Source of the DNA: Bugula neritina
Taxonomy: Eukaryota; Animalia; Bryozoa
DNA length: 64,000 nt
Reading direction: 5' to 3'
Assembly: GCA_964035545.1 (NCBI GenBank)
Contig: OZ037766.1
Span: 248,001 to 312,000 of the forward strand
Of the stretch, positions 14,042-27,971 are shown one piece after another. Position 1 is the stretch's first letter. Each line of letters begins with the position of its first letter. Below the pieces are notes generated by a model. It was not told the DNA's origin, did no database searches, and worked only from the letters and a program-made list of their open reading frames with translations. A program made the position numbers and the translations under genes.

Positions 14042-17000
14042 CATGCCGAATATTTACTACAAATTTCAAAAATGGCATAAATTAAATAGTATTACCGTGC
14101 CTATTTGCATCCAATTTACTAGTCTTACATTTATAGCAACTGTAACGTATTTTGTGTAAAATGGTTATTGCAAGCATTATTCAATTCATATTCACATTGT
14201 AATCACAGCGAAGCTTAGACTTTATAGCTTTGTATTTACGTGCACGATTAAGTTTTAATTTTTTTTAAAATTTTTAAATGTATTGAAAATATGTTTAAAA
14301 ACTTTACCAATAAACAAAACTAAAAAAAAATGGACACATAAAAAAAAAAAATAAAATTACAAAATTGGCAAAATTTTTCCTTTATAACTTATATAAACTT
14401 GCGGTACCATTAGCGACATAATGATTTTTTATGGTTTAAAGTCAACACTTTTAAATATACCACACTGCTTTAGTGTAAGCTGCAGGTCACAGTATCAGTA
14501 TTTTTCAAACTGCTTTATGCTAAACTCCAATGACTCATTACACAATGAAGTCCGAACAGTTACTGCAGGCTGCATGTATGTAGTATGTGTATAAATATGG
14601 CATTTAAAATGTTGCTTTTTTTACTCTAATTCATATACATGTGTAAAACAATGTTATGTGGGGTATACCTTTGAGGGCCACATAAATGTATACTGGGGGT
14701 CACAACCAGCCCTGGGGCCGCCTGTTGAACAGCCCTGTATTAGAGTAATTAAATTTACTATAATAAACACAGTATTTACCTTCAAGTGAGAGGATGAGGA
14801 GAGGTCCTTTCCTTGTACAAATGTGAATCAGTTCAGATGTTGGATCAAAGGAAATACCAGTTGGTCGTGAGATGTGAGGGAATTCCCACATCAGAGTGAG
14901 AGTTGTGTTCTCCACTTTATATCTTCTCACTTTACCATCTGCAGTGTAGTCTCCTATGAGGAGAGTTGAGTCTGGGAGGATGCATACAGGATAAGGGTTC
15001 TTCATCTCAGGAAGTGGGAACTTCTGTATTTTATTGTCAACTAGATTATAGACTACCAGCTGTTTCTCTCTCCAGTCTACAATATACACCAGAGAGAGGT
15101 GCTGAGCTATACTATAGTAAGTGAGTTTATCTACTGAATGTTTGTAGAGAGAACGAGACTTCTTAAAGGAGTTCGGATCAAGAAGTGCGACTTCAGCTGA
15201 TTTCTCCTTCTTGTTATACCAGCTGCCAACCATCACCCCTTCAGGTTGGATTATCTCCAACCACAGTGTAGTGTTGGTGTCCTTCACTAAGCTGATAGTA
15301 TCCAGAGTGTGTCTATTTATTACATCTACACCTTCTGGTGTCCGACACATGAGATGTCCATCAGCTGAGATGTTTACTGTCCAACACTTTCCACGTACAG
15401 GAAGTCCATCAGACTGTAGAGAAGCTGGTGGCTGCAGCAGCTTCAGTCCCAGACTGTCTTCACTGTCTGCAACAACAAAAAAACAATTCTATAACTTGAG
15501 AATCTCATCACCTGCACAGGTAGAGAGTGTTTCGTTAATACTGACAGCAGGTAGTCAGCATAACACAGTTTAGCAGCTCACTTATACATCATAAACTCTG
15601 AAACACTGCAGAAATGCCTCATAATGTGAGAGTAGAAATAACAAAACTCAATCCTCTAATAAATGTCAACATGAAACGCAGCAACATTTCTAAATATCTG
15701 AGACTTTAAAATAAAATTCAAATTGATTGCAAGCAGAAAGTTATTTATAATTAGTGTTACTATTTATAGACTCCACCTACATGTGGGTACCAAGATGCTG
15801 TCAGGAAGTACACACTTCTCTATTACACCAATATCTGTAGCCTTTTCCATCTCCTCACTCATCTCTTTGTAGTCTCTCACAATCCCTGCATCATTGAACT
15901 TATCAACTGCATGTTGTACTCTGTCCACCAGAGACTGTCTGCCCATTGTCTTACTCAAGGCCAGCTCTATTCTATAATTATCCACTATCTGTGTGCAGCT
16001 TTTCAAATATCCATATATTTCTAGTCTCAGGTTTGTAGCTCTCTTTCTAATCTCTTCTATCTAATAAATAGTAACACATTATAACCACATCTGCACCTCA
16101 CAACCTCTACACTTGACATGAGAGTGACAGCTGACAGACCACCCACTGAGTAGACACACAGTGACTCAGTCTTGTGACACTCTATACACAGCAGACTGCT
16201 AGTACATCATGTGACTAGTCTCCTCCTTCAAACAAATAAAGTAGTATACTGAAAGTATTGTCTTCAAACACAAATTAAATGGCCCGAGAGTTTGTGTGAA
16301 AAATAGACTGTGCAAAGAAACATAAATCATAAATTTCACGTCAGCATACCTGAGCATCAGCGACAGCGTTTACTCTGGCAACCATCTTCTTCACTTCATC
16401 TTCTATTATACTCAGTTCTTTCCAGGCATCCTTAGAGATGTCATTCAACTCTGCAACTTTCTCAGACAGAGTCTCTATTCCACCAGTCAGACTTTCTCGT
16501 AACTCACAAGACAAATCACTCAATGATGTCATGTCATGGAATGCTGCCTTCCCTTCTGTATAAATAATATCACAATATTTCATTAAACTACATTCCTTTT
16601 AACAGAATGTGCTGATTGACTCACAGTAGAAGAGCAAACTTTCAGGGCAGTTGATATTAGAAAAACACTGAGTAACACTACAGAAAACATATCAAAAGTA
16701 TAAATAAAGACATGCTGCCTGAACCCTTGACCTAAGGTATATGTTTAAATTAGCTGGCAGCACTATCATATGATATTTGTATAATACAGTATAATTATTA
16801 AACAGTTGTACTCTGTCTCAAGTATTGCTATCAGAGTTGGTCATAACTCAACCTTCACTAACATGACTTGTACAGAGGAACATTCTAGAAACATGTCACT
16901 AAATATACATCCCTCACTTGAAGTCATTGAGTTACAGAAATTAAACCAACAGAAACTCCTCATAAAGGAAACAAAGAAAGTTGAAGATTAGAAATTCCTA

Positions 17001-18599
17001 AGAATTCAACTCAACAACAGAATATGAATTAATGTCTGCACTAACCACTGCTGTCTCACACAAAGTTTAATTTTAGAGAATACATCCAGGTGTGGGCTGT
17101 GAAATTTAACTTATTTGGAAAGAAAATCTTTCACAGAATATACCCAACAACTAGTCCAAATGGAGTTGCTATAACTCACTTTAGTCACTCACATTGTTAC
17201 TTTGCTACTGTTAGTGTTAGCCTAGGGCCACACTGTGCGTATTTTCGCATGCGAAAATTGAAACCACAAGTAGCAAAGGTGTCCACTGTAGGGTCAGTGA
17301 TGCGTGATAAATAAAGCTTTCATTTTTAAGTCGAACTCGCTTTCAATAAAACGCAATTTACTGGAATGTAGGGCTAAAATAAAGAAATTGGGCTCGCTTA
17401 ATAACTACCAGCCAATTAGGTGACGACGACAGAGACGATTCGCACTTGCGTTGAAAATGCAGAGCGACAAGTGCGAACATTTTCTCAACGCGCACAGTGG
17501 ACACCTTTGCTACTTGTGATTTCAATTTTCGCATGTGAAAATACGCACCGTGTGGCCCTAGGCTTACTGAATATAAAGTTACATTATTTATTTGGTTTCA
17601 ATTTGATGTAAACAGAAACAAGAAAATACCTGTCTTACCATTACAGCCAGTCTTCATATCACAGCTCATACAGAATATCTGGTGACAATTGGAACACACT
17701 TCTGTTAGCTGTTCATGTTTGTGATGTTTACATTCAGTTATAGTATATCTTTGGGGAGAAGCTCTGTAGACCTCAATGTCAATCAACTGATGTCTATCTC
17801 CCATCAGCTCTCTGTGATTCTGTATAATAAAGGTCAACAGTTCAGTTGGTAGTATTTTCACTAACAAGTCTGTCATAGTTGACCTTCTGCATTGTGAAAT
17901 CTGTTTATTTGGTATACAAAGTCACACATACTCAGTATTTCTATCTAATAACATTCTACACAAAACAGTCCTGGTTTAGTAACCAAATACTGATACACGT
18001 TTTAAAGACTCACTTTGTGATGCTGTTCACACAACTTCTTCTGAATCTCTACACAGAAGACTACAGCCTCTGTTCCATCCTCACACACATCGCAGAGAAT
18101 GGGTGCAGGTTTGGGAGGAGTTTTGTATTCTAGAACATCACCTAACTTAGCCACTGGTAGAGTTGTGGGATCAGTGATGTCATAGAATCCCTTCCTAAAA
18201 TATAGTATTAGTCAGTGAGCTACAAATAATGAGATAATCAGTAACCTTGAACTTTCATTATGAGAGATTATCCTGATGACTAGATAGCTAGTAACCAGAG
18301 TGTGCATGAAGATACAGAACTGGCAGTTTTAAGATAAATACAGTCACTATGAGTGTTACAGAATAATAATAATATGCACTCAGATAAAAAGATATCAAGT
18401 TCAGTAGTGCAACTTACCTGCAGTACGCACAGTCAATGTGGGTTTTCTTGTGGCCAATGTCTGTTTTAAGACAATTTATACAATAGACGTGTAAACAGGG
18501 CAGAGTTCTGGGATCTTCCAGTTTATCAAAATGGTGTAGACAATACCCACATCTATAGGAATTATTGAGTCTTTTCTTTACTACCCTGGAGTCTGCCAT
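12304..18599 (-). CDS. TRIM-NHL-like E3 ligase, copy 2, type A, complete (~620 aa)
   Basis: Exons 18599-18418, 18194-18014, 17819-17630, 16555-16350, 16060-15781, 15466-14780, 12440-12304 sum to 1863 nt in an open frame. The last exon (absent from the ORF track) reads GELMVRIPRESLGVSDRVCDIAVYNRDKVFLGCGDDGLRRYTIKY*. Confidence 0.92.
13200..14467. mobile_element. Non-autonomous hAT-type foldback element/MITE in the last intron of TRIM copy 2
   Basis: Termini CAGTGTGGTATATTTAA...TTAAATATACCACACTG; 8-bp TSD CTTTAGTG at 13192-99 and 14468-75; ~400-bp imperfect inverted arms around a (TA)n-rich core. A single CTTTAGTG is present at the paralogous sites (~29810, ~46390, ~62994). Confidence 0.9.
13637..14040. 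repeat. (TA)n/AT-rich microsatellite forming the core of the foldback element
   Basis: Read directly from the sequence. Confidence 0.95.
17220..17563. mobile_element. MITE, PIF/Harbinger (Tourist)-like, in intron 3 of TRIM copy 2
   Basis: ~70-bp TIR GCCTAGGGCCACAC...GTGTGGCCCTAGGC with a TTA TSD. Absent at the paralogous site ~2852 in copy 1. Confidence 0.85.
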
Positions 18600-18894
18600 T
18601 TTGATTCTGAATTCTAAAAATAAACAGATGATAATCTAATCATTTGATAAGTGAGAAATAAACAATCAACTCCGTTACCATAGTGATAGTAATCTAAGTC
18701 CAAGACCTAATAGTAATTATAATTTTAATTTAATCTAAACCTCTGCTTTTTCACTTCGAGTTAGCTTCATGCTAAATTAATATCAGAAAACTGTAGAGTA
18801 ATTATATATATATTTCACGATTGAATTTTCAGACAACTCAAATTAATCTTACAAATCAGAAATATTCAATATAAACATAAAATAACCTACTAAC

Positions 18895-19090
18895 CTGATA
18901 GTTTTACCTTCAGTTCTCACGCGCTACTAACTGTAGAATGTAGAGAGTAGAAACTTAGAAGGCTATGTTGAAATACGAGTTAGCAGATTCACGTGACATT
19001 CCTTATTCATTATTTTGATTGGGTGAATTGACCAATCATTATCAAGAGGGTAGTTAATCAACTGCCCAATCACAGCGTCCACATGAATCC
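18895..19090 (-). promoter_or_regulatory. Putative non-coding first exon and promoter of TRIM copy 2
   Basis: Paralogous to 4183-4370; TCACGTGA and CCAAT boxes. Confidence 0.55.
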
Positions 19091-20769
19091 AGCTTCGAGA
19101 TAACTTGCAGAGTTTATGGTTACCTGGTTACCTGGTTACCTTCTCCCTAGTTATGAAGCTCTCAGTTGCTTTCACCTAGTATTATATAGACAGATTATTT
19201 GACAGTATATTGTGCATCTTATTAAAGTGTAACTTTTAGTGGTATTTAGGTTCAATTTGTGCATTTAATTTTGAATCAATAAGCTATTAAAATAAGCTAC
19301 ATTATGAACACAGGGTTATAAGTATTATAGAAATAGTCAATATAACTCTAGACTACATTATATCACATGAGAATGTTTATCTCAAGTATTATATATTTAT
19401 ATTTAACAAGTGACAAATATGACGTCAATACATTGATAACAGCACAGAAGTATTCCTCCCCTATTTACTTAATCTAAAACTTAGTAACACAGTATATAAA
19501 ACACACCCCTTCACCTTTGGACTTTAACCTTCATCTAGTACATTTATCAGCTAAATAGTGTTTGTATAATACTTAATACTGCAGCTTTAGATAACAATAT
19601 TTCCCATCAGTTTTGTGTTACAGATAAAAATTTTCCATCACACCCGCTGCCCATGTCTTTGAGCTGACTTACAGTCACAGTAACTATTGCTGACTATTCA
19701 CTATGATTGACTCACTCAATAGTATTTCACAGTCAAGTCCCCACTATATCAATGTTGGTGTAGCTAATGTACACATCTTAGAGTGTCAACTAACTCACTA
19801 CTCTATCAAATGTTACTCCATCTAACAGTTGATGTTGTCTCCCCCTTCAGCATTCTCACTGCGTGTTGAGACCCTGTAGCCTCTGTCCCATCTCTTCTCA
19901 CAACTTCTCACTCATATCTGTTTGTTGACAGTCTGAGTCTACTCATGTTTATATGTTACATTACATAATATAAGACTATGAGATAGTATGAGTCATGGGG
20001 TAATATGGACACTGCTTTACCAGATTGACACAAACACTACATAAATGAGCTTAGAGCTTAGAGCAAGGCAGAAAATACTTTACTGCTGTCTTATTGGTTA
20101 GATTATTCCACTTCCTACCAGCAGCTGGGTAGAATAATAGGCAGCAGGTAAAATAGCTGACTTTAACCTCTAGTCTGGAAGGGATAGTAAAGTGGTACAT
20201 GATTATATACAAGAGTTGGACTGGGTGAGACATCATTAAGTATAGAGTAATACCTGAGTGACCAAACTACTCTGGAATATGTCAAACTGTATTATATTTA
20301 TAGTTAGGCTAATCAAAGTGTGTAAATATTTAAGTTACAAGCAAGTAATGAGATATTTTATCTACAAAACAAGTTCTTTCTCTAAAATATTGTCAACCAG
20401 AAAAGGTTGGCCCTAAAATATGTTGAGTTGTCACTTTAAAGTAATCAACATTATCTTCATAATATTTATAATTATACTAATAAATCTCTTGGAATATTTA
20501 ATCTGCACTCAAGTGTTTGGGATATTTTATCACTAAACCAACAAGTTTCTTTCTCTAAAGTGTTAGCAGCCATTAAAGGGTTGGCACTAAAATATGTTAA
20601 GTAGCAGCTACCCCAGAGTGAATATATTATGTATTATCTTTATTATATTGATATTACTTATTAGACATTGCTCAATAACAAGGAGTCACGTGGTACTACT
20701 ATCAGAGTGAGGTTTAGCTATTTCCTGTCTCTGTTATTAGTTGTCATGGAAACTGGGTTTGAGACAAAC

Positions 20770-21025
20770 TTACTTGGTGGGTGGTCACATGATTACTTAG
20801 TGGGTGGTCACATGATTACTTAGTGGGTGGTCACATGATTACTTAGTGGGTGGTCACATGATTACTTAGTGGGTGGTCACATGATTACTTAGTGGGTGGT
20901 CACATGATTACTTAGTGGGTGGTCACATGATTACCTAGTGGGTGGTCACATGATTACTTAGTGGGTGGTCACATGATTACTTAGTGGGTGGTCACATGAT
21001 TACTTAGTGGGTGGTCACATGATTA
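20770..21025. repeat. 23-bp VNTR, ~11 copies
   Basis: (GATTACTTAGTGGGTGGTCACAT)n. Confidence 0.95.
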
Positions 21026-23419
21026 TTCCTCAGAGAAGCAGTTTCTTGCACTCACTTTAGACACAGTGAATATAGAAGACAACTCCTAGCTCTCAATGTA
21101 CATTGGAAAACTTTTACAGCAGTTAATAGATCTCACATTATAGTTGGTAATAATTAGCAGACCAAGTGTTGGATATTTACACTGTCTGTCACTATCAAGA
21201 CATGAGAAACACCTGCTGTATACATGTCAACAAAGTCAACTGGTGTGACAGGTACAGTAACTGTCACTAATATAGTAATTAAATGACAATAAATTGAAAA
21301 AAGAATAAGTTATACAGTGCAACAAAACTTATTAGTGGTTATCTCCACTTAAAATATCATAACACTGATAATGCTATACAAATATCCAGCCAGTAATTGG
21401 CCAATATCCACTAATAGTGTTTAACTATTGACATCTTAGTGGTCAATTCTTGTTACTGTATTGTCTATAATCTAGTTGATGTACAGAGATACTTTAGCAA
21501 GTGATGATAACTCCAACATACTCTTTCTCGGTAGGTACATCCCATCTAAAATAAACACACAAGTATTATCTACTGACACACTGGTTGAATACAGGTGGGC
21601 GGAGCTTATAGAATCCCTGACAGTCACATTTATATAGTATTAATATCTATAGCAGGTAGTTTACTTGTTTTCTCATTTAGCAGCATGTTTAGCCTGTGTT
21701 CTAAACATTTAAGTCAGCTTAGTGATTATTCTGCAGCAGCAAAGAATAGCGAGCAATAAAAACCAGCAACCATTAACCTTGCCTTCGTAGGGCTAGAAGT
21801 ACACGCCTATAAACATATCCGTTTCCGCTCTTTAATGTTTACGCGAGCATTATCAGTTGGAATTACTTTTTAAAAGTGACTATGAGTATGAAATATTCTT
21901 TTTTAACTTTTTATAGTTATACTTTTTTGTCATCGGATAATAATAAAACTGAAGACTAACTTGTATATTAGGAACTAGCGCTTTCTGATTTTTCAATGTT
22001 ATAATTATAGAGTTATAGTTATACTTTCACTAACTAATAACTTAGTCTTAGTCTTATACTTATACTATAAGTATAAGTATAAGTTATAGTTATACTTGTA
22101 ACTTAATTACTTATAAGTTATACTAATACTTACCGACTTATAGTTATACTAACTTAGACTTACTCTTAATCTTAGAGTTAGTAGTGGTACTTTGGTATTT
22201 AGTGTTACTTTTCAATCCTGCATTCATGACCAGAGGCCTAAATTCAAATTGCCTTATCATTTATGGCTTATGGTTACTGTTGTTGTGATAGAAAAATTCA
22301 AATTCACATTCTTAATTCTATCTCTTTTAAAGTCTTTGATCCCAACTTTCATTCCATTAATGTTTTATTCGGATGCAGACTGAAAATAATTATTATCATA
22401 AGGATATACACTAACTTCTGTTGTCTGTAACAATTACTAGTTTTGCTATAATATTAATTACATTTTGATTTTTGTCTACCAGACACTGTTACAGTTGCCA
22501 TTAATATCAACTTCAAAGCTGAATTGCAGCTACGTGGCTTTATCCTTATATGGAGATGCAGCCATCCTTGTAACTACAGCAACCTACCCTGAGCTAGCTG
22601 ACGTGGACCTAACCGGGAGAAAGTCTTGCTGCATTTAAAAGTTATCCGAAGTCACTCCTCTGTAAGACCCAGCTTCAGGTAGACGTACCAGAACATGAGG
22701 AGTCATCTACAAGGTAATTACCATAAGTTATATGCATATAATACTGTTATAGTAAACCACTAAGTGCTTAGCTATATTATTATACACTATACAGTCAGTT
22801 GTAACAGTGATACCTCAGTTTCACGTTACAGTACTGTCAGTGTCATGGTATCATATTTATGAATATCATAATATTATTATTAATAGGATCATGTTATAAC
22901 TTGGAGGTTTTCTCTAGTAGTTAGCATAAAAAGAAATTATCAACCTTCTATACTGTTTTTAGGTTCTTCATCATCTTTACCAATAGCTAAATTAAATATT
23001 CAAATTAACATAGCAGTCTATATGCATTGACTTTGAGAGTGAGACCGAATGATTACATTCTTTGTCTTCATGAATGTTAAACACTGTACTATTTCAAAAA
23101 CTATATAAGCCCTAAAAGTAAGTGCGAATATTTTGAGGCAAACCTCAGCTTTAAAATAGAAACTAGCAGGCACAGCTACAAATACATAGAGGTACAGCCC
23201 ACCCTTTCTAATCAATAGTAACTGATTAGAGACTTACCTTATTGTTTCTTGTCTAGGGGTGTATATCTACAGTGGTGAGGAGAGGGGAGTTGAGTCATAG
23301 CAGTAAAACTGTGAAGTCAAGTTCTGCAGACAGACACTAAGAGTACCTGCACTATCTAGTCACCATAGACAAGGGGAAGACAACTTGTGACTCATCAGCA
23401 TGCGTCTGTCAAACATGGC

Positions 23420-23540
23420 AATGTAAGTTACTGAATTATATGTACTCTTAGTATGATAATGTAAGTTACTGAATTATATATACTCTTAGTATGATAATGT
23501 AAGTTACTGAATTATATATACTCTTAGTATGATAATGTAA
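23420..23540. repeat. 38-bp VNTR, ~3 copies
   Basis: (AATGTAAGTTACTGAATTATATRTACTCTTAGTATGAT)n. Confidence 0.9.
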
Positions 23541-24339
23541 GACTTTCTAAGGATACAAATAGCAGGGTGGTAGAACAGCTTCTATCAGTACTTGTCAACT
23601 GAGATATCTTTTCCTATACTAACTCAATGTTATTGTTGAGGTATAATAAGACATGAATTTGTAGGTTCTTAGAGATGTTCCGAAAGCACGGCGAGAAATA
23701 CAGCTACACTCGAGGGCGTCTTCCTGCAGACATATTGTGTCTATAATAGACGTGTACGAGAATGTATACGGTGGTAACAGGTGTCTGCTCGTTGTCATGG
23801 AATGGTAGGCTGATGTTTACTCAGTTTCTTGTTTTTATTGGTCAATGAAATGATTTTTATCGATAATATTGATCTATGTGAAGAACGTATGAACTTTGAA
23901 CTTTCAAGCCAGTTCAATGGTTAAGCTGTGTAAGAATAACCTGCAATGAAAGTCATCAATAAATGATATTATGGTAACAGATGTAGTAACTATGGTAACA
24001 GATGTGGTGATGTAATGCTATGTGTAGTTTTACTTTGTATTTCCAGCATGGAAGGTGGGGAGTTGTTCACTTCTATTCAAGCATGAGCAGACAATGCCTT
24101 TACTGAGAGAGGTGAGATTATCTTCCCTTTGTTACTATTAGACTGGCTGTTATAGTAGCAGCAGTAGTGGTACTGGTAGTAGTATTCATTAGAATACACT
24201 GTATCTTCTAGTCATGTATAACACATGTTTTGTGTTGTAGAAGCAGCTGCTATTATGAGGGACATTGTGGAGGCCATAGCATTTCTACACCATCTAGACA
24301 TTGCTCACAGAGACTTGAAGGTCATACTTCTCTCTCTTT

Positions 24340-25035
24340 AGTACTAACTCTATCACTAACTCTAGTGCTAACTCTATCACTAACTCTATTACTAACTCTA
24401 TCACTAACTCTCTCACTAACTCTCTCACTAACTCTATCACTAACTCTCTCACTAACTTTATCACTAACTCTAGTACTAACTCTCTCACTAACTCTATCAC
24501 TAACTCTATCACTAACTCTATCACTAACTCTAGTACTAACTCTCTCACTAACTTCATCACTAACTCTCTCACTAACTCTATCACTAACTCTCTAGTACTA
24601 ATTCTCTCACTAACTCTCTCACTAACTCTAGTACTAACTCTATCACTAACTCTATCACTAACTCTATCACTAACTCTATCAATAACTCTCTCACTAACTT
24701 TCTCACTAACTCTATCACTAACTCTCTCACTAACTTTATCACTAACTCTAGTACTAACTCTCTCACTAACTCTATCACTAACTCTATCACTTATAACTCT
24801 ATCACTAACTCTAGTACTAACTCTCTCACTAACTTTATCACTAACTCTCTCACTAACTCTATCACTAACTCTCTTGTACTAATTCTCTCACTAACTCTCT
24901 CACTAACTCTAGTACTAACTCTATCACTAACTCTATTCACTAACTCCAGTACTAACTCTATCACTAACTCTATCACTAACTCTCTCACTAATTCTCTCAC
25001 TAACTCTATCACTAACTCTAGTACTAACTCTCTCA
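24340..25035. repeat. 12-bp intronic minisatellite in MK2 copy a
   Basis: (ACTAACTCTATC/CTC/AGT)n. Confidence 0.95.
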
Positions 25036-25091
25036 CCCACTCATTCTATTTACTCGTATACATGATAATTAATTTCTACTGTGTCTTGTAG

Positions 25092-25223
<132 letters not shown>

Positions 25224-25345
25224 TAGGGAATAGGGCTATACACGTGTAGTTAGTACTAGTCAAGACTCTATCTGCTGAAGTACTGGACCTTCAAGTCACG
25301 TCTATTTATGCTACACTGGAGAATTATTCACACAAAACTGTCATT

Positions 25346-25509
25346 CACTGCGTTTCCATTATCGCATTATGCGAATGGATTTTTTCATTCGGCTAATGGA
25401 AACAGTTACATCGGATGAAACCGCAACTATAAGGTAATGCAAACCACAAACCACAAATAATCCGTACGAAGCATTCATTCGCATTATGCGCAGTCATGGA
25501 AACGCAGTG
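25346..25509. mobile_element. 164-bp MITE with CACTG termini (CMC/CACTA-like) in an intron of MK2 copy a
   Basis: TIR CACTGCGTTTCCAT...ATGGAAACGCAGTG, flanked by ATT on both sides. Absent at ~42037 and ~58611. Confidence 0.8.
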
Positions 25510-25621
25510 ATTACTGTAGTAAACATAGCGAGTAACCATGGTAACTCTAGTAAACATAGCGAGTAACCACGGTAACTGTAATATAATTTTAGCTCCGGAG
25601 GTTCTGGGACCAGAGAAGTAG

Positions 25622-25723
<102 letters not shown>

Positions 25724-27971
25724 TGAAGAAGAGAATAAGGAATGGCCAGTATGAGTTCCCGGTGGCCGAGTGGGGACAAGTCTCAGACGATGGTCTGTAT
25801 TTAGTGTCTTCTCACGTGGTAACTGGTAACTCTGTGTGACTGAGTATGATTATTGAGTGTTACTTTGAGTGTGTGCTTGTTATCTGAAGGTAGTGTTTGA
25901 AATGTAATACACTCATCAGCTATAGAACTGTTATGATTCTCTTACAGCCAAATCCTTAATAAAGAGTTTGTTGAACACAGACCCTGATAAGAGGTTGACC
26001 ATACAGCAAGTGGTTAGACATCCTTGGATAGCTGTAAGTTCTCTAGACATCAGTGTTACTTTAATGTGACTTGTTATAAGGGTTGTTGGAGCTCGAGTTT
26101 AGCCCTAGAACTATCCCACTACAGCATTGCGGGCCCACAGGGTACACCCTGATTGCTTAGTGACAGTGTTCTAGGGGATAGATCTGTAGCTATATTCTCT
26201 GGCTGTTTTATAAATCAAAATATATTTGTATAATAATAATAATAATAATAATAATAATGTGTGCACCAACTTACAGCTGTGACTGTGTGTTATACTGAAT
26301 AACCTGGCTGTCCCCCAGACACCTCTGGCTACTCAGGATATCCTCAGAGAAGAGAATGATCACTGGATGGAAGTTGAGGTTAGTGTCTGTCTGTGTGTCT
26401 GTATAATATATACTATATATACACTACATATTATACTACTCTGATATATATGCTCTGATAATACTCTGTTTGATAGGATGAGATGGACAGAGCATTGGCA
26501 GAGAGGAGAATAGATGAGGACCAAGTACATCTCAAGAATATCGGGCTTTCAGAGAACCCCCTTCTTGCTCGTAGACGAAACAACAGGAACTGAAGTCTAC
26601 TTTGTTTGAAATATTGTTGCTATGGAAACACTGACATTGCTAGAGAAATAAATTATCAGTATGTGACATTGTGGATGTAGTTCTCAGCTTAGAATGTTTA
26701 CATTGTGGAGTAATCATTAAATATTCTCTCTATTTACAATTAGCATAGTGAGTATCAAGATCTGAAATGTATAATATTCTTATGTCATATTATTTACCTG
26801 TACTTTTAGCAGGTAAATATATTGAAACAGTATCCATGTTTGTATATAGTTAATAGTACATATCTAGTGACTAGCATATCTGGTAACATTTATATTGGCT
26901 ATAGAATATATTTTTATTATTTCTATTTCATGTTGAGCTATGAACAATGTTTTAGGTTTTTATATGTAAAATATTTTATGTAAGTTTTGGTATTATATTT
27001 CTATGCAATAATATGCTACAATTGATTATTTGTATTTGATGTTTTTTAATTTTATTAAAAATGCACTAATTTAGTTATTCACGATATTGGTATTTGATAC
27101 AATGTTCTTGATGCATCTCATGTTCTACCTTTTGAATGGGACTGAAGTTATGCTGGTTATAGCTAGACATGCTTTTCATGTGTCTAAATACAAAGACAGA
27201 TAATAAACAGATACTGGTGAATTATATACAAGGGCACACATTGGAGTTAGTAAAGTCAAGTTGAGGTTACAGTGGTAATTTGCATAATAAAATAAAATTA
27301 TTTGTAAGCCATTTGTGTGGTGCTTTTCCTGACCAGAAAAACTGGAAGCTATTCTGTTTTCCACAGTGAAATAACAACCAGTATTTAGTTGAACCTCCAT
27401 GACAGCTATTTGTATCCTTATGATGGTACAGGAAGTTACTCAAATTAAATCTAACTCCTTCACAATTCTAGCAACAATACAGCAATTTCACTTGTTGCTC
27501 ATCTAACAGATAGTAATACTAGTTTGCTTTATGTAATCAGCTAATGGAAGTACATTATTGGCTGATTGGCTGGTTCTTAGGTAGAGGAACTTAGTGGGGA
27601 GGAACATGTACACCAAGTTTAACAATGCAACCCTACCACCATAATGCAAGTCACGTGACAGGCTTGGACAATATAATATTAGTTGTGAAGCATTGCAGAG
27701 CACACACTGCATGGTGCATATACAAGAATATAATCTTTCTATAAGCAGCTCCGAGTTGGGGGTGATCAAGTGCAGCAAGTTTGTGGTTCTCAAGTGTAGA
27801 GTTAAGGGCTTAGACTGGAAACTTAAACCCCCAACTTCAAACTCAATCTCCCAAACTACTGCACTGGGGTTGCTTATACATGATATAAATACTGAAACAA
27901 GATAAATTTAAATTAAATTACTGGAGTTGTCTTACACTGGTACTGACTTCAGTATGGCGGTTAGACTATCC

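Noticed and set aside
7304-14078. ORFs 7304-7561, 11593-11889, 11830-12015 and 13815-14078
   Set aside because: They are translations of mini- or microsatellites.
12304-18599. Assigning a gene symbol (TRIM2/3/56/71)
   Set aside because: There is no filamin domain and the propeller is highly diverged; orthology cannot be supported without a phylogeny.
24230-25036. LSLT/ELVI-repeat ORFs (also 41376-41628, 57827-58456)
   Set aside because: They are translations of a 12-bp intronic minisatellite inside MK2.
27503-27905. Recurrent short ORFs MRTTNLL.../MQSTHCM... and MMSH.VQLL... (20051, 34955, 51545)
   Set aside because: They recur only because the spacer is duplicated. They have no recognisable motif, and the MRTTNLL copies differ by frame-changing indels.
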